The notes under the pieces are model-generated. The model made no database searches and was not told the DNA's origin. It saw only the letters and a list, made by a program, of their open reading frames with translations. This document shows, piece by piece, positions 63,471-64,000 of a DNA stretch of 64,000 bases. Source of the stretch: Mobula hypostoma (taxonomy: Eukaryota). A program made the translations under genes and the position numbers. The stretch spans positions 113,586,001 to 113,650,000 of the forward strand of contig NC_086107.1 of NCBI RefSeq assembly GCF_963921235.1. Reading direction: 5' to 3'. Within the stretch, counting starts at the first letter, position 1. The number at the start of each line of letters is the position of its first letter.

Positions 63471-64000
63471 CTCAGGAGAGTCAGGGAAACTTAGAGGATA
63501 TGCACAAAAGGTATTTAATGTTTGAATTCACATCTTGTTAGTTTAAACAATAAAGGTACTTGTCAGTAAGTACAGATTCTCTCTCTCTGCCTCACTGACC
63601 ATTGATACAAGGGGTGATTCTTATAAAAATATGTTGTGGGAACAGTTCATTGCTGGGTTGAGTTGAGTAATCTCCTCTGGTTGAACATCCTGATGGTTGA
63701 GGAGTAGTAACTGTTCCTGAACCTGGTGGTGCGAGTCCTGAGACCCCTGTACCTTCTACCTGATGGCAGCAGCGAGAAGAGGGCATGGGCTGGGTGTGGG
63801 GGTCCTTGTTGGTGGATAGATGGATGGTATGAAGTGCAGGTTCAAGATCTTAACAAGGTAGAACTGTGAGGTCGGGAGGATGTCGACTAAGCGGTCTCCT
63901 TCCGTTCTGTAACCAGAGAAAAAGATTAAGATTAGATTTACTTGTCACATGTACATCAAAACCTTGAAACACACAGTCAAATGTGTTGCATTCGTCAACG

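Overview
Repeat-rich vertebrate genomic DNA. The repeat repertoire (CR1, Rex1/Babar, Penelope, V-SINE-like, Tc1, hAT) suggests a cartilaginous fish such as a ray or shark; this is inference. The only host gene I can support is the 5' part of a minus-strand class I cytokine receptor resembling the common beta chain (CSF2RB). Six coding exons splice in frame: 13724-13646, 10729-~10591/10603, 8418-8255, 5299-5142, 4827-4635 and 490-358. They encode a signal peptide, a complete cytokine-receptor module ending in WSVWS, and the start of a second module; the gene runs off the left edge. The other ~49 kb is upstream sequence, mostly nested transposon fragments. Highlights: an inverted, frameshifted duplicate of one receptor exon (19200-19323); a candidate HDV-like ribozyme at the 5' end of a non-autonomous RTE-type element (53542-53732); minimal hammerhead motifs in Penelope termini; and candidate immune enhancer motif clusters. 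All calls come from reading the sequence by eye; no searches or folding programs were run.
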